Of a stretch of 64,000 nucleotides of DNA, positions 26,451-39,904 are shown piece after piece. Each line of letters starts with the position of its first letter. Within the stretch, counting starts at the first letter, position 1. The notes below the pieces were generated by a model. It saw only the letters and a program-made list of their open reading frames with translations, did not search any database and had not been told where the DNA came from. The position numbers and the translations under genes were made by a program. This DNA is from Leucoraja ocellata (lineage: Eukaryota), in the NCBI GenBank assembly GCA_036785375.1, contig JAWMAR010000085.1, positions 496,001 to 560,000 of the forward strand. The letters run 5' to 3'.

Positions 26451-27156
26451 ACCTACAAAATTGGTTGTGAGTGAAAAGGCAAGCCTTGGAGCTGTCCAGG
26501 ATGATTACCCCAACAAGGTACACTTGAAATATCAAAGCATGAAGCACACAGGAAGCAAGGGGGCCCTTCCATTCCCATAGTGGGTGTCATGGTCTCTATG
26601 TCACATAGTGTGGAAACAGGCCCTTCGGCCAAAAATGCCACGTCGACCAACATCCCCCATCCTCAGTAATCCCACCTAAATGCAATTGGTCCCTATCCTT
26701 CTAAACCTATCCTCTCCATGTGGATGGATTTTTCTTTAACGATGAGTAAGATTAATCAAAGTGGAGAGTGAACATAAAGATGGACACCAAGTGCTGGAGT
26801 AACTCAATGGGTTAGGCAGGCTGATACCCTGTCCGGAGGAAAAGGGTAGGTGATATTTTGGATCAGCCTGAAACGTCACCTATTTCTTTTTCTCCAGAGA
26901 TGCTGCCTGACCCGCTGAATTATTCCAGCACTTTGTGTCTATCTTTGGTACAAACTAGCATCTGCTGTTCATTGTTTCTACATCGAGAGTGAACATTGTG
27001 GAAGATGACCATCTGGGTATACAAAAGGTCATCCAGCCAGATACATGTGTGAGGTTAGACAATTGATGTTGAATGTAACAGAAAAGTGTCAATATTTCCA
27101 GTGCAACTTATTTGCACCTGGGTGGTCAGTTTGGACAGCTCCAAGGCTTGCTTCAT

Positions 27157-27442
27157 TTAGTTTAGTTTAGAGATACAACATGGAAACCGGCCCCTCGCCC
27201 CACCAAGTCTGTGCTGACCGGCGATTACCCCCGTACACTTACCATATCCTACACACCAGGGACAATTTACAATTTTTACCAAAGCAAATTACCCTACAAA
27301 CCTGTACATCTTTGGAGTGGGGGAGGAAATGGCACCCGGAGAAAATCCATTTGGTCACTGCAGACAGCACCCATCATCAGGATTGAACCCAGGTCTTTGG
27401 TGCTGCAAGGCAGCAACTGTACCGCTGCTCCATTGTGCCCAC
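27157..27442 (-). mobile_element. V-SINE copy
   Basis: Reverse-complement family match. Confidence 0.8.
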
Positions 27443-27549
27443 CCCGGATATAAAAACCTCTGTTCACTTTTAAATACATTTGTAAATATGGTTGGTTGGT
27501 TATTTTATAAAGAGAAATATTGTAGAACACGATTGTGAACTACAGTTTT

Positions 27550-28170
27550 GTAGGAAGGAACTGCAGATGCTGGTTTAAACTGAAGATAGACACAAAATGC
27601 TGGAGTAACTCAGCGGGACAGGCAGCATCCCTGGAGAGAAGGAATGGGTGACATTTCAGTTCAAGACCCTTCCTCAGACTAGTTAGGGATAAGGGAAACA
27701 GGAGATGTAGAAAGATAAAGAACAATGAATGAAAGATATGCATCAAAGTAATGATGATAAAGGAAACAGGCCATTGGTAGCTGTTTGTTGGGTGAGAACG
27801 AGAAGCTGATGCAACTTGGCTGGGAGAGGGATAGAGAAAGAGGGAATGCCGGAGTTACTTGGTTAGAGAAATCAATACTCATACCATTGGGCTGTAAGCT
27901 GCCCATGCGAAATATGAGATGCTGTTCCTCCAATTTGCATTTAGCCTTACTGACAATGGAGACCTAGGGCAGAAAGGTCTGTGTGAGAATGGAAAGAAGA
28001 ATTAAAGTGTTTAGCAACTGGGAGATCTGGTTGGTTCAGGCCGACTGAGCAAAGGAGTTCAGTGAAAGATTTACGCTGTCTACGTTTGGTCTCGCCGATG
28101 TATAAGAGTCGACATCTTGAACAACGTATACAGTAGATGAGGTTGGAGTAGGTGCAAGCGAACTGCAGTT
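27550..28170 (-). mobile_element. Penelope-like element (GIY-YIG plus tail)
   Basis: ORF 27947-28315 contains FACTYSNLIYCIRCSRCRLLYIGETKRR...PVAKHFNS; continues LEEQHLIFRMGSLQPNGM. Confidence 0.88.
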
Positions 28171-28809
28171 GGTGCTTCAAGTTGTCATCCCCATAAGTGT
28201 TACAGGACTGACTGCTTTCTGAACTGCAGCAGTCTGTGTAGGATGTTCCAAAGGCATTCTGTGACCAACCTTTAACTAAACTATCACGTATTGTTTGAGT
28301 TCTTAATCTGCACACTCTTCAGTGGACCTGTCAAAGGTTAATAAGTCATTGATCACAAATACTTTACAGAACAATTTCAGAAGCAGTCTTGATTATGGTA
28401 CAGATGAAAAGCATGCAGCTTCATTTAATTCATCACTTAGAACTTGCTGAGAAGTCATGTTACCTCTGAATCCTTAATCCAAGTGTTCAGCAGGACTTTC
28501 ATCAAATGCCCAAATTATTGGTCCTTACAAAGTGCTGTATAGTTTGGCTACTGAGACACTGCAGTGGATATAGATTCTCCCAGTGGGCAAGTGATTCCTT
28601 CAGCCCTTCTCCCTCTACTTGTTCCTATATATTTGAAACCTTGGCTTCATCTGCTAACTCTAGTTTATGCTGTTGACCCGAATTTGCCACATTTACCGAA
28701 TTTGACTATAATACTTATCACAGACAGCGCCTGCCTTTGCAGAAGAAAATCTAGCCTATAGTTACTCGAAATGTAGCTGGAGCTGGTGACCTGACCTTAC
28801 TGAGGTTTA

Positions 28810-29430
28810 TGATCAAGTGTGTTTTATTGCCATATGTTCTGAAAAGGAACAATGAAATTCTTACTTGCAACAGCACAACAGATATGTAAATATAGTACTC
28901 TGTAAACACCCAAATAAACAGGAACAAAAGTTATCTGTATGTTTGTAGGCGGATAGATATGCTGTATATTCATTTGGGGGTTGTAGCGTTTAATAGCCTG
29001 ATGGCTATTGGGAAGAAGCTGCTCCTGAACATTACAGCTTTCAGGCTCCCATACGTTTTTCCCAGTGACAAGAAGGAAATGAAAGCGTGGCCATGCTAGT
29101 GTGGGTCTCTGATGATGCTGGCTGCCTTTTTGAGACAGTGACTCCTGTAGATCCCTTCGACGATGGGGAGGTCAATACCTGTGATGGACTGGGCAGCTTT
29201 CGTCATTTATTGCAATTTTCTTTGTTCCTGGGCTTTTCAGTTGCTGAACCAGGCCCTGATGCAACCAGTCAATGTTCTCTCTATTGTACACCTGCAGAAA
29301 TTCAAGGGACATATTCTTTGACATATCGAATATCCTCAATCTTCTAAGGAAGTAGTCATTGATGGGCTTTCTTTATAATTGCGTCAATGTGCTGGGTCCA
29401 GGACAGATCGTTAGAGATAAGAACGCCCAA
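28810..29430 (-). mobile_element. Old Rex1/Babar-like LINE fragment
   Basis: TTTAATAGCCTGATGGCT..GGGAAGAAGCTG block is the reverse complement of an SFFP.AIRLLN-type end. Confidence 0.55.
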
Positions 29431-30099
29431 GAACATTAGCTGGGAGCAACTGAGACCATCTCTCCTGTAGGATCAAAGCAACTACACTTTCATACTGAAC
29501 AGGCTGAAATGGCAAGAATGGCATAAACATACATCACATTTAACCGTAATTCAATGAGAACCTAACATACTGTAATCTACAAGGCGCTGCAGTTAAAAGA
29601 TAAGGCAGGGCTAAGATTAGTTTTTCAACTGCCAGGGACACCATCGGCTGAATGCTCACTCACTCTGCCACATTGATCATATCATTCTACATTTTGATGG
29701 CTGAGAACCACAGGATTGAAACAGGTAAAATTAGAAAAGGCTGAAAGTACCACACACTCGATTGGCTGAAAATTTCCTAACCATTTCTTGTGTATCCCAG
29801 AATTTTGAGACTCAAGCATATTTCATAAGTTATCAAGTCATAGGAGCAGAAATTTGCCATTCAGCCCATCAGGCTTACTCCACTATTCAATCATGGCTGA
29901 TCTATCTTTCCATCTCAAACCCCATTCTCTTGCTTTCTCCCCATAACCCTTAACACCGTTACTGATCAAGTATCTGTAAATCTCAACCATAAAATGTTGA
30001 ATATAGAACATAGGAAAATACAGCACAGAAACAGACTCTTTGGCTCACAAAGTTCATTCCGAATATGATGCTAAGTTAAAGTAATCTCATCTGCCTGCA

Positions 30100-30862
30100 C
30101 ATAGAAACATAGAAAATAGGTGCAGGAGTAGGCCATTCGGCCCTTTGTGCCTGCACTGCCATTCAATATGATCATGGCTGATCATCCAACTCAGTATCCT
30201 GTACCTGCTTTCTCTCCATACCCCCTGATCCCTTTAGCCATAAGGGCCACATCTAACTCCCTCTTAAATATAGCCAATGAACTGGCCTCAACTACATTCT
30301 GTGGCAGAGAATTCCAGAGATTCACCACTCTCCGTGTAAAAAATATTTTTCTCATCTCAGTCCTAAAAGATTTTCCCTTTATCCTTAAACTGTGACCCCT
30401 TGTTCTGGACTTCCCCAACATCGGGAACAATCTTCCTGCATCTAGCCTGTCTAACCCCTTAAGAATTTTGTACGTTTCTATAAGATCGCTCCTCAATTTT
30501 CTAAATTCTAGCGTGTACAAGCCGAGACTATCCAGTCTTTCTTCATATGAAAGTCCTGACATCCCAGGAATCAGTCTGGTGAACCTTCTCTGTACTCCCT
30601 CTATGGCAAGAATGTCTTTCCACAGATTTGGAGACCAAAACTGCAGGCAATACTCCAGGTGTGGTCGCACCAAAGCCCTGTACAACTGCAGTAGAATCTC
30701 CCTGCCCCTTTACTCAAATCCTTTTGCTATGAATACTAACATACCATTCGCTTTCTTCACTGCCTGCTGCACCTGCATGCCTACTTTCAATGACTGGTGT
30801 ACCATGACACCCAGGTCTCATTGCATCTCCCCTTTTCCTAATCGGCCACCATTCAGATAATA
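30100..30862 (-). mobile_element. CR1 LINE, 5'-truncated, relatively young
   Basis: ORF 30191-30685 reads YRALVRPHLEYCLQFWSP...RGHSLRIKG...RVVNLWNSLP; (TTTCTATG)n tail. Confidence 0.92.
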
Positions 30863-31799
30863 TGCCTTCATTCTCTGCATGCCCATGTGCGTGTCCAAAA
30901 GCTTCCTAAATGTCACTATTATATCTGCCTCCAGTGTATTCTAGGCACCCACCGCTCTTTGTACAAAATAAACTTGCCTCATCGTTCTTCTTTAAACTTT
31001 ACCCTTCTCACCTTCAAGTATTGCTCTTTTACCTGTGATATTTCCACCCTGGGTAAAAGATTCTGACTGTCTACAATATCTATGCCTCTCAAAATTGTAT
31101 ATACTTCTAACAGGTCCTCCCCTCAACTTTCTGCATTCCTGTTGAGTATTTACAGCACATTTTCATTTTATTTCAAATTTGCAGCTTTGCTTTTTTTTGC
31201 TTAGCCTCAACACTTTAGCTTTACTGATCTATACTGATCCAGAGATAACAACCCCTGTTACAATTCCAACTGTCTGGTGTTTAAATAGGAGACCAGGATA
31301 TACGGTGCCACAATGGTTCAACTGGCAGTGATGCTGCCTCATGGTGTCAGAGGCCCCAGTTTAATCCTGACCTTGGAAAGTCATGCTTAACAAATGTATT
31401 GCAAATCACTTTGGTTATAACTCGGTACATGAGAGTGCAGATTTGAATGTTATGTTCCTTGAGTTTTATTAAACATTTGACAAGGTCATTCTTGGGAGAC
31501 AAATGGCTGAAATAAAACCTTATGGGATCCAGGTTTAAATGTAAATAGAATTATTAATTGGCTAGCTCTACTGGAGCCCTGGATAGTTGTCAATTATAAG
31601 AATATTAATTGGGTAACTTTGCTCAATGATGTTTGAAAGGAAACTGTTCTTGGATATTGACTTCCATAGGATTTACTAATTACCTCAAGAAGTCTATGAA
31701 GAACAGAATGATTATATCTATGCCACCATTGTGTGCAGGATGTGCCAAGCAGGTCACAGTCATTTAAAGAAGAAATGGCAATTAGATTAGTTTCGTTTT

Positions 31800-32082
31800 T
31801 TAGTTTAGAGATACAGTGCGGAAACTGGCCCTTCAGCCCACCAATCCACGCCGACTGGCAATCCCTGCACACTAACACTATCCTTCACACACTAGGGACA
31901 ATTTACAATTTTCCAAGCCAATTTGCCTCCAAACCTGTACCTCTTTAGAATGTGGGAGTAAACCCATGTAGGTCACAGGGACAATGTACAAATTCCAGTC
32001 AGATGTCTCCCATAGTCAGCATTAAACGCGGGTCCCTGGCATTGTAAGGCAGAAACTCCACTGCAGCGCAACCGTGCCACCC
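31800..32082 (-). mobile_element. V-SINE copy
   Basis: Reverse-complement family match. Confidence 0.8.
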
Positions 32083-33299
32083 ATTTTAAGAGATTAGTTT
32101 TAAGAGATAAAAATAATGCCTTAAAATGATGAAAATAATAAGCGTGAATGCCTTGGAAGGCTATTTAATCAACCTAAATTTCAAAAAGAGATTCAGGAGT
32201 TTAGTATAATCAAATATTGCAAGTGTTGGCATGGAGCTCAATAGTCTGCAGACTTGCTGAAATTATACACTAAACTCAACGGTCAAAACAGTACGGGTTC
32301 AAGTTTGAAGAAAGGTCCCAATCCGAAACGACACCTGTCCACGTTCTTCAGGGGTGCTGCCTGACCTGCTGAGTTACTCCAGCACTAGGCGTTTTTTAAT
32401 TTGGGTTCAAGTTGAACCCATGTCACTGTTGAGCTAAAGATAGACACAAAAGTGTTGGAGTAACTCAACGGGTCAGGCAACATCTCTGGAGAAAATGGAT
32501 GAGTGACGTTTTGGGTCGGGACCCTTCTTCAAACTGATTGTGGTGGGGATGGGAGGGACTGGAAACAAAAGAAGACCAGGACAAAAAAAAACCCCAGCAT
32601 TTGCTGTTCCTTTTTATCACTGTAGAGCTAGCCAGTTGTCTATGCACAGCACAGCCTGTTTGACTTAAACATTCAGATGTGACAGAAGGGAAAAACAGAC
32701 ATGGCAGCTGATCTCTGATTGTTTACCAACATCCCCTTTTGGCATATATAAGCTATGGTTGAGGAAATTGTTGAATTTAGTTCTAACAGCTCTGTAATAA
32801 ACATCTGCTTATACTGGTATCCAAAGCTTGCATGTGATTAGAATGTTATACGGATGTTTAACATAAAAATGGGTGTCAGGGCCTATGGGGAGAAGGCAGG
32901 AGAATGGGGTTGAGAGGGAAAGATAGATCAACCATGATTGAATGGTGGAGTAGACTTGATTGGCCAAATGGCCCAATTCTACTTCTACAATATGAACTAT
33001 ACATCTGAAATATGGGGTAAGATTCCATGTCTAATATGGAAATTCAGAAAATGGAGTTGTAGAATATGATCTAGCTGATAAAAATGGCAGTCAATAACAT
33101 TAGTTAGGGTATGCTTGATACTGGGTATTCAGTCATGAGCCATTAAAGTAAAAAGCAGAATAGCTAAAATCAGTGGCTAACATTAATTATCAATTATTGC
33201 AACGTAGCCCTGTGGAAAGGGCGTCTAAAAAATTGAATATTTTATTCAATCATTTCTCAATGAGCTTGGAATTTTGGAATATACCAATAACCTACTCCA

Positions 33300-34480
33300 A
33301 AGTGCTCTATTTGTTTCATGTTCTCATCATGGCTAAAATTGCCAATTTTCTTTTGATGTTTTATTTTATAAAAATATATTGGGGGAATGAAAATATGTTA
33401 ATGGTGCTTTTCGTAGTCTAAAATGAAGTCTGATGTGATTTGTTCCAAATTCGTAAACACGTGTCTTGAGAGAGATGAATGCGTAAATTGCAGGTTTCTT
33501 GATAATTAATTGTCTTCGACTGGCAAGCTGGCAAGATTTGGAAATGAATTAAATATGGTTTTTGTCTTACATCTTGTTTTAAATTTGGAGTTCTGAGGAA
33601 AATCTAGTGTAAAATAATCGATTTGCTCTCTTTAAAATTAAAAGATTCAACCTGAGAGAGTCCACGACCAGAGGGCACATCTCAGAATAAAAGGACGTAC
33701 CTTTGCAATGGAGATGATGAAGAATTACTTTAGCCAGAGGGTGGTGAATCTGTGGGATTTATTGCCACAGATGACTGTGGAGGTCAGGTCATTGGGTCTT
33801 TTTAAAGCAGAGATTGATCAGTTGTTGGTTAGTGAGGGTGTCAAAGATTACGGGGAGAAGGTGGGAAAATGTGATTGCGAGGGAAAAATAGATCAGCTAT
33901 GATCGAGTAGCTTGGCAGATATGAAGGGCCGAATGGCCTAGTTCTGTTCCTATTTCCTATGAGTTTATGAGCATAATGACCACCATCACAATGCAATAAA
34001 ATGTTAATCTCTGATTAAAGATGAATTAAAGATGTTACTTTTAATTGTGACTTGACTTTTGCTAACTGAGATGCAATGGTAAATGTTTTTATCCAAAACT
34101 GGCGAAATTAGCACGATATCCTGTTCAATCAAAAATTGAATCATTTTTGTTGATGGCAATTTATTTGTTTATTTTTGCAACTATGTCACAGAACATTTGA
34201 ACCGTGTAGCACCAGCTCTTATTATTGAGCGAAATTCATATTTCACCATGTCTAAATTTGCCTTTTTTTCCTTTTGTGGTTGTTACTTTACCTTTGTAGA
34301 AATATATTGAGGAAATGAAAATATGTTAACAGTACTTTTCATAGCACAAAACAAACAAATTCCTGATGTGATTTGTTAGTTATTCTTAAGCATGTGGCTT
34401 GAGAGAGCTGAATGCAAGAAATGCAGGTTTTCTTGACCTGAGGAATTGTGCTTGAAATACATCAATGAGTGGCAAGAGTT
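33300..34480 (+). repeat. Diverged local duplication of about 230 bp (33300-33540 versus 34215-34480)
   Basis: Colinear blocks AAATATATTG...AATGAAAATATGTTAA, CTGATGTGATTTGTT, CTTGAGAGAG.TGAATGC, TGCAGGTTT, TGGCAAGA. Confidence 0.75.
33655..33970 (+). mobile_element. CR1 LINE 3' end fragment
   Basis: EMMKNYFSQRVVNLWDLLPQ; CR1 3' UTR. Confidence 0.8.
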
Positions 34481-35089
34481 TTCAATCCCTTAGATGCAAT
34501 ATTCATGGATATCTACCAAGATCAATCTCCTAATGATTGAAGAGGAGAAAAGTTAATTGCTAATGGAATTTCATTTCATGCCATTTTATTGATAATGAAA
34601 ACGATAAAAGTAATTGGTCACGGACTTGGAAGTCATTGCCAAAAGCTTTATGCTTTATAAAACTTAATGGTCGAAATTTTCCTCCATAATGAACATGCAG
34701 ATGATTTCACACAAATCTTCAGCTGTTAATCATTAGCTTTCATTAATATTTTGATTATTGGCGTGTTTTATGATGGCAACAGATCATCATTATTTCTGCA
34801 ATTGAGGGAAATTGAAAAGAGTCCATTGTCAAAGCGACCAAATAATCACATTGGGTATTGGTTTCTCTGGAATCAAGTGTAATTTAGAATTTTTTAAATT
34901 AAAATATATATATATATTTTTAAATTCTTTGAAATTACACTCTGACCAAAATAAATAAATATTTTTATCCATTGCTTATGACAGTAATGTCTCTGTTGTC
35001 CTTTTGTGTCATTGGCGATTCTAATATTTAAACATTCACCGGGAAAACAAATAAGTCTTTTAGAGTAGGAACAAATAACTGCTTGTAAG

Positions 35090-35552
35090 CAGTGAGGCCA
35101 CACACAAATTGGAGGAACATCACCTCATATTTTGCCTGGGCAGTTTACAACCCAGCGGTATGAATATTGATTTATCTAATTTCAAGTAACCCTTGCATTC
35201 CCTGTCTCTCTGTTCCTCCACCACCCTAGTCGTCTTGCTAGTTTCACTCTTCGTATCCCTTCGTTATCACCTCTTCCCAAGCCAACAATAGACACTTGTG
35301 GTTGAAATTTGTTCAGCACCTTTTCATACCTCTAGTTTTCCTCGCTCTGGCTCTCAGGCTAAAGAAAGGTCTCAACCCAAAACACCACCTATTCCTTTTC
35401 TCCAGAGATACTGCCTGACCTGCTGAGTTACTCCTGCATTTTGTATCTATCTTCCAAGATAGACACAAAGTGCAAGAGTAACTCAGTGGGTCAAGCAACA
35501 TCTCTGGAGAATAATGATGGGTGACGTTTCCATTCGGGACCCTTCTTCAGAC
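35090..35552 (+). mobile_element. Penelope-like 3' fragment ending in an inverted tail
   Basis: KLEEHHLIFCLGSLQPSGMNI remnant; tail at 35359-35452 followed immediately by its inverted copy at 35456-35552. Confidence 0.75.
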
Positions 35553-36399
35553 TGTTAGAGGTTTAATACAACATTATATTCAATAATGACTTGCAGATTA
35601 ATAACCTCTGGTCTGAATATTTCAGATATTTCAACTTAGATTTAAAGACATGACGTGGTTTATGCCTCCTCCATTTCGGCACAGAAAATAATGGGAATAG
35701 TAAACAGAGACTGAAAAATGGACAAAGAGGGCCTGGAAGGTTCTATTATTGATGAGCCCTCATATCTGTCTGATCTTCATTGCTTTTATCCTCTGGCCAA
35801 TTGATACTGTTGTTTAACCACACGGTTAAATTGGAGAATCCGTGTTTGTTCTTTCTGGATCAAAAAAGGTTGAAAGGAGATTTGGTGAAGGTGTACAGAA
35901 TAATGATTGCTTTGGACAGGATGCATATAGATTTTATTTTTAAGTCATTTTATTAGCAGTGAGTTCAAGAACTTTGGGGCACAGATGTGAAGTTTGGAGC
36001 AGCGTTTTCGGTCGGGGTGCAAGGAAAAGCTTTTCTTTATATCGCATCATTATGATCTGGATGTCAGTGCCTCTAATGAGTTCAGTCATAGGAGCAGAAC
36101 AATGCCATTCACCCCATTGAGTCTATTCCGCCATTCAATAATGACTGATCAATAAAGAGCTCCTGCAACTTCAGAAATGGAGATTTGTTTTCTCTGCTTT
36201 GGAATATTTATAGTGTAATAACAGGTTAATATTGCAAATAAATGTTTTCCCAAGCTTATTAATTTTTGATCAATTGTTCTTGTTTTTCTGGTATTAGAAG
36301 ATTATTAATATAAGGCTGCTTTCATTTTCCAAAGTATGTCAGAAATTGTGATGAGGAGGTTTTCCAAGGAAATCCGAGATGTCCTCATTCTTCAGTGAA

Positions 36400-37385
36400 T
36401 TTGTTTTCCCCACATCTGTCATACATGGGTCCCTCATGCATGTCTCATCTGTGTCCCATAGTTCTGCTCTCCCCCCCCCCCCCCACCCCTAGACACAATA
36501 CGGATAGATTGCCCCTGGTCCTCACCTTTTACCCCACCGGTCTCCGCACCAACACATCACCCTCCGACATTTCCATCGCCTCCAATATGATACCATCTTC
36601 CCATCTCCACCCTTTTCCGCCTTCTGCAGAGACCTCTCACTCTGTGAATCCTTGGTTCACTCGTCCCTTCCCACCAAAACCACCCTCTCCCCAGTTATAT
36701 TCCCATACAACCGCAGGAGATGCAACACCTGCCCTTACACCTCCTGTCTCGACTCTGTCCAGGGTCCCCAACAGTCATTCCAGGTTAGACAGAGATTCAC
36801 ATGCACCTCATCTATTGCATTCGATGATCCCAATGTGGGCTCCTGTATATCGGCGAGGGCAAACATAGACTCGGCGACCGTTTCATTGAACACTTATGTT
36901 CAGTCCACCAAGGCCTACTGAATCTTCTGGTTGCTAACCATTTTAACTCGCCTTCCCATTCCCATACTGACCTTTCTGTCTTGTGCCTCCTCCATTGTCA
37001 GAGCAAGGTCACACGGAAATTGGATGAACAGCACCTCATATTTTATTTTGGGTAGCTTACAGCCCAATGGTATGAACGTTGAATTCTCTAGTTTTAGGTA
37101 ACTTATTCAAACACTCATCTCTCTTCCCCCCCCCCCCCCCCCCCTCCCCCCACCTAGCCAACAATTGGCCCATCAGAACATCCATGGCTGATGTCATGTT
37201 GCAGGCCCAGATTTGTCCTTGTCTTTTCTTGCTTACAGTTCATTTCCCCATACAAACAGTCTGAAGAAGGATCCTGACCTGAAATGTCATCTATCAATTT
37301 TCTCCAGAAATGCTGTGTGAGCTGTTGAGTTAATCCAACATTTTGTGTCTATCTTTGTTATAAACCAGCATCTACAGTTCCTTTT
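36400..37385 (+). mobile_element. Penelope-like element (longest GIY-YIG fragment plus tail)
   Basis: DRLPLVLTFYPT; FPYNRRRCNTCPYT...VQGPQQSFQVRQRFTCTS; YIGE remnant; hammerhead-like CTGAAGA...GAAATGTC at 37261. Confidence 0.85.
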
Positions 37386-39764
37386 TATTACATTAGGCCT
37401 TACCTGCTGAGTTACTCCAGCACTTTATGCTGTCAGATGTGAACCAACATCTGCAGTTCCTTGTTTCTATAGTTCTATATGGTTTTGCCTGTGGTTTATC
37501 CTGAACTACTACTCTAGATAGCATTGAACCCTTCTGGAGCGTTCCTGTTTCCGTGCTGTGTGACTTTGGCAATTCGAGCCTTCTCCAGCAGAACCCAAGC
37601 ATATCAAGCTATTTACTAACTAACTTTACTTAAAAACTGAAGATTTGACACTTGAAGTCTCAGTGAATGTTAGCCATAGACAAGTCTGGAAATGTCTCCA
37701 GTTCTAAAAGATGTAATGGGTGATAACATAAAATGTGTTTGGAATATTCATGGTATTTTAGCATGTTATAATCATATGCAGGTGGTCCAGTTGTTAAATG
37801 AGAAGTGTTCATAAACAGTAATCTAAAGTTGTGACTTAGTCTCTCCCTGTTTGCAAATGCGACAATTCCATATTTTCGCATGAAGTGAAAGGCAACTTTT
37901 TTGCCCCATTGAGTCTAAACAAACTCATTTCCATCTAGAATTCCTGTTATCTATTCTGTCCACATTCCCATTGATTCCCACTAGATTCTATCAGTCACAT
38001 AAACTCAATTTATAGTATACACCCAATTAAACTACAACCTACCCATGTTGGCAGCATTTAACAGTTGCCAATAAACCTACAATCCACCCATCTTTGGGAT
38101 GTATAAAATCATGAGGGAATTGATGGGATAAAATTATGGGTGAATTTAACATCCCGGGCTAGGGGAATCAAGAACTAGAGGGCACAGGCTTAAGATGACT
38201 GAGAAAAGATTTAATGGGAACCAATTAATCTCAAAACTTGGGATGTGGGAGGAAACCGCAGAAAACACACAGGATCTTTCACTTTTTTGTTGTTGACCCA
38301 ACCGCTTTCAGCTGATGTGATTTAGTAAGTTTCGTTTATTGTCACGTGTACCGAAGTGCAGGGAAAAATGCTTTGTTACATGCTATCTGCAGTCAGAGGA
38401 AAGAGTATACACGATTACAATCGAGCTGTCCATTGTCTACAGGTACAAGATAAAGGGAATAACATTTAGTACAAGATAGCGCCAGGTAAGGTCTGATTAA
38501 AGATATTCTGAGGGCTCCAATGAGGTAGATGATAGCTCAGGGCTGCTCTCTAGTTGGTGATAGGATGGTTCAGTTGCCTGTTGACAGCTGGAAACATTAT
38601 TTCACCAACTAGTGAGGGGTTTGAACCCTTGACACTGTTCAAAATATTGGAAGAGGGGATGTTCTTGGATTATTTGATCCTCTTGGGGAGGTCAACTGTG
38701 AAAGCCCCATTGCTTCACCAAATCATGTTTTTTTTTAAATCTTAATTCAGATGGACCGTTTGTTGTAATATTTAAACTGAAACAACTGAGGCTTTTTAAC
38801 CTGTAGAATTGTTCAGCATTATATTAATGTCATTGACACAATATTGTGTTTTACGCAAAAATTAGTGTGAATGATTTATTAGTTTGGAACGATAGCATGA
38901 TGGATTGTGAACTGAAGTATTGATATTAAATGGGTTTTGTTGCATCATTCCTCCATCTATTTTTGCGTAGACTGCTGACTAAAAGTACCACACTGGACGT
39001 TTCAGTGAGGTGGGACATTATAATGCACAGTGTACCTTCTATAGCATGGAGTGGGATAGAAATAATCTTTGAACCTGACGAGAAAAATCATCTCTGATCT
39101 TTAACTTATCAGGAAGAAAATAGAGCTGACGTACCAAACAAAAAGACTATTTCAGAAAACATCTTGCTGATCAAGAACTCCAACCACCTTTTCCATTACT
39201 CCTGTGCAAAAAATGAATGGGACCCAAGTGCTTGGACATTGGGCACCACTAGACTTTTGAAAACACCCATTAGTCTGCCACGGTACAATCTATCAAATGT
39301 CCCTCTGCAAATGCCAAATGATTTTCTTGGCTATTAACGGATATAATAACTGACACCCTGTAATTCTAAGCACTTGCAGCAGATGGTGCTACTCAAGAGT
39401 CAAGAGTGTTTATGATGCACTGGATGTGAATCGGAAAAAATGATTTTTTAACTTGCTGCATCTTTACAGGCACATTAGTTGCAGCAGCTAGTTTATTTTA
39501 GTTTACTTTAATTTATTGTCCAGTATATCGAGGTACAGTGAAGTACAGAGGCCACCTCCTTCAGAACCCTGGTGTGCAGCCCATCCAGTCCAGGTTACTT
39601 ATTCACCTTTCAGTTTTCCCAGCACCTTCTCCTTAGTAATCGCCACTCCACTAACTTCCATCCTTGACTCTCTAGGATTGCCGGTACACTGCTGGTGTCT
39701 TCCACTGTGAGGACCAACGCAAAAAAGCTATTCATTTCTTCTGCCATTTCTTGATTTTCCATTA

Positions 39765-39864
39765 TTTTATAATTAATAGTTTTTTATTGGAGTGAAAAAA
39801 AACCCAAAAAATCACAGTACATCTGATGTATGGCATTACATTTTCCTCCATTTTGTTTTTTATA

Positions 39865-39904
<40 letters not shown>

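Noticed and set aside
39110-39340. Open stretch EENRADVP...NDFLGY after TTATCAG as a terminal exon
   Set aside because: Weak acceptor, unrecognised peptide and no other support.
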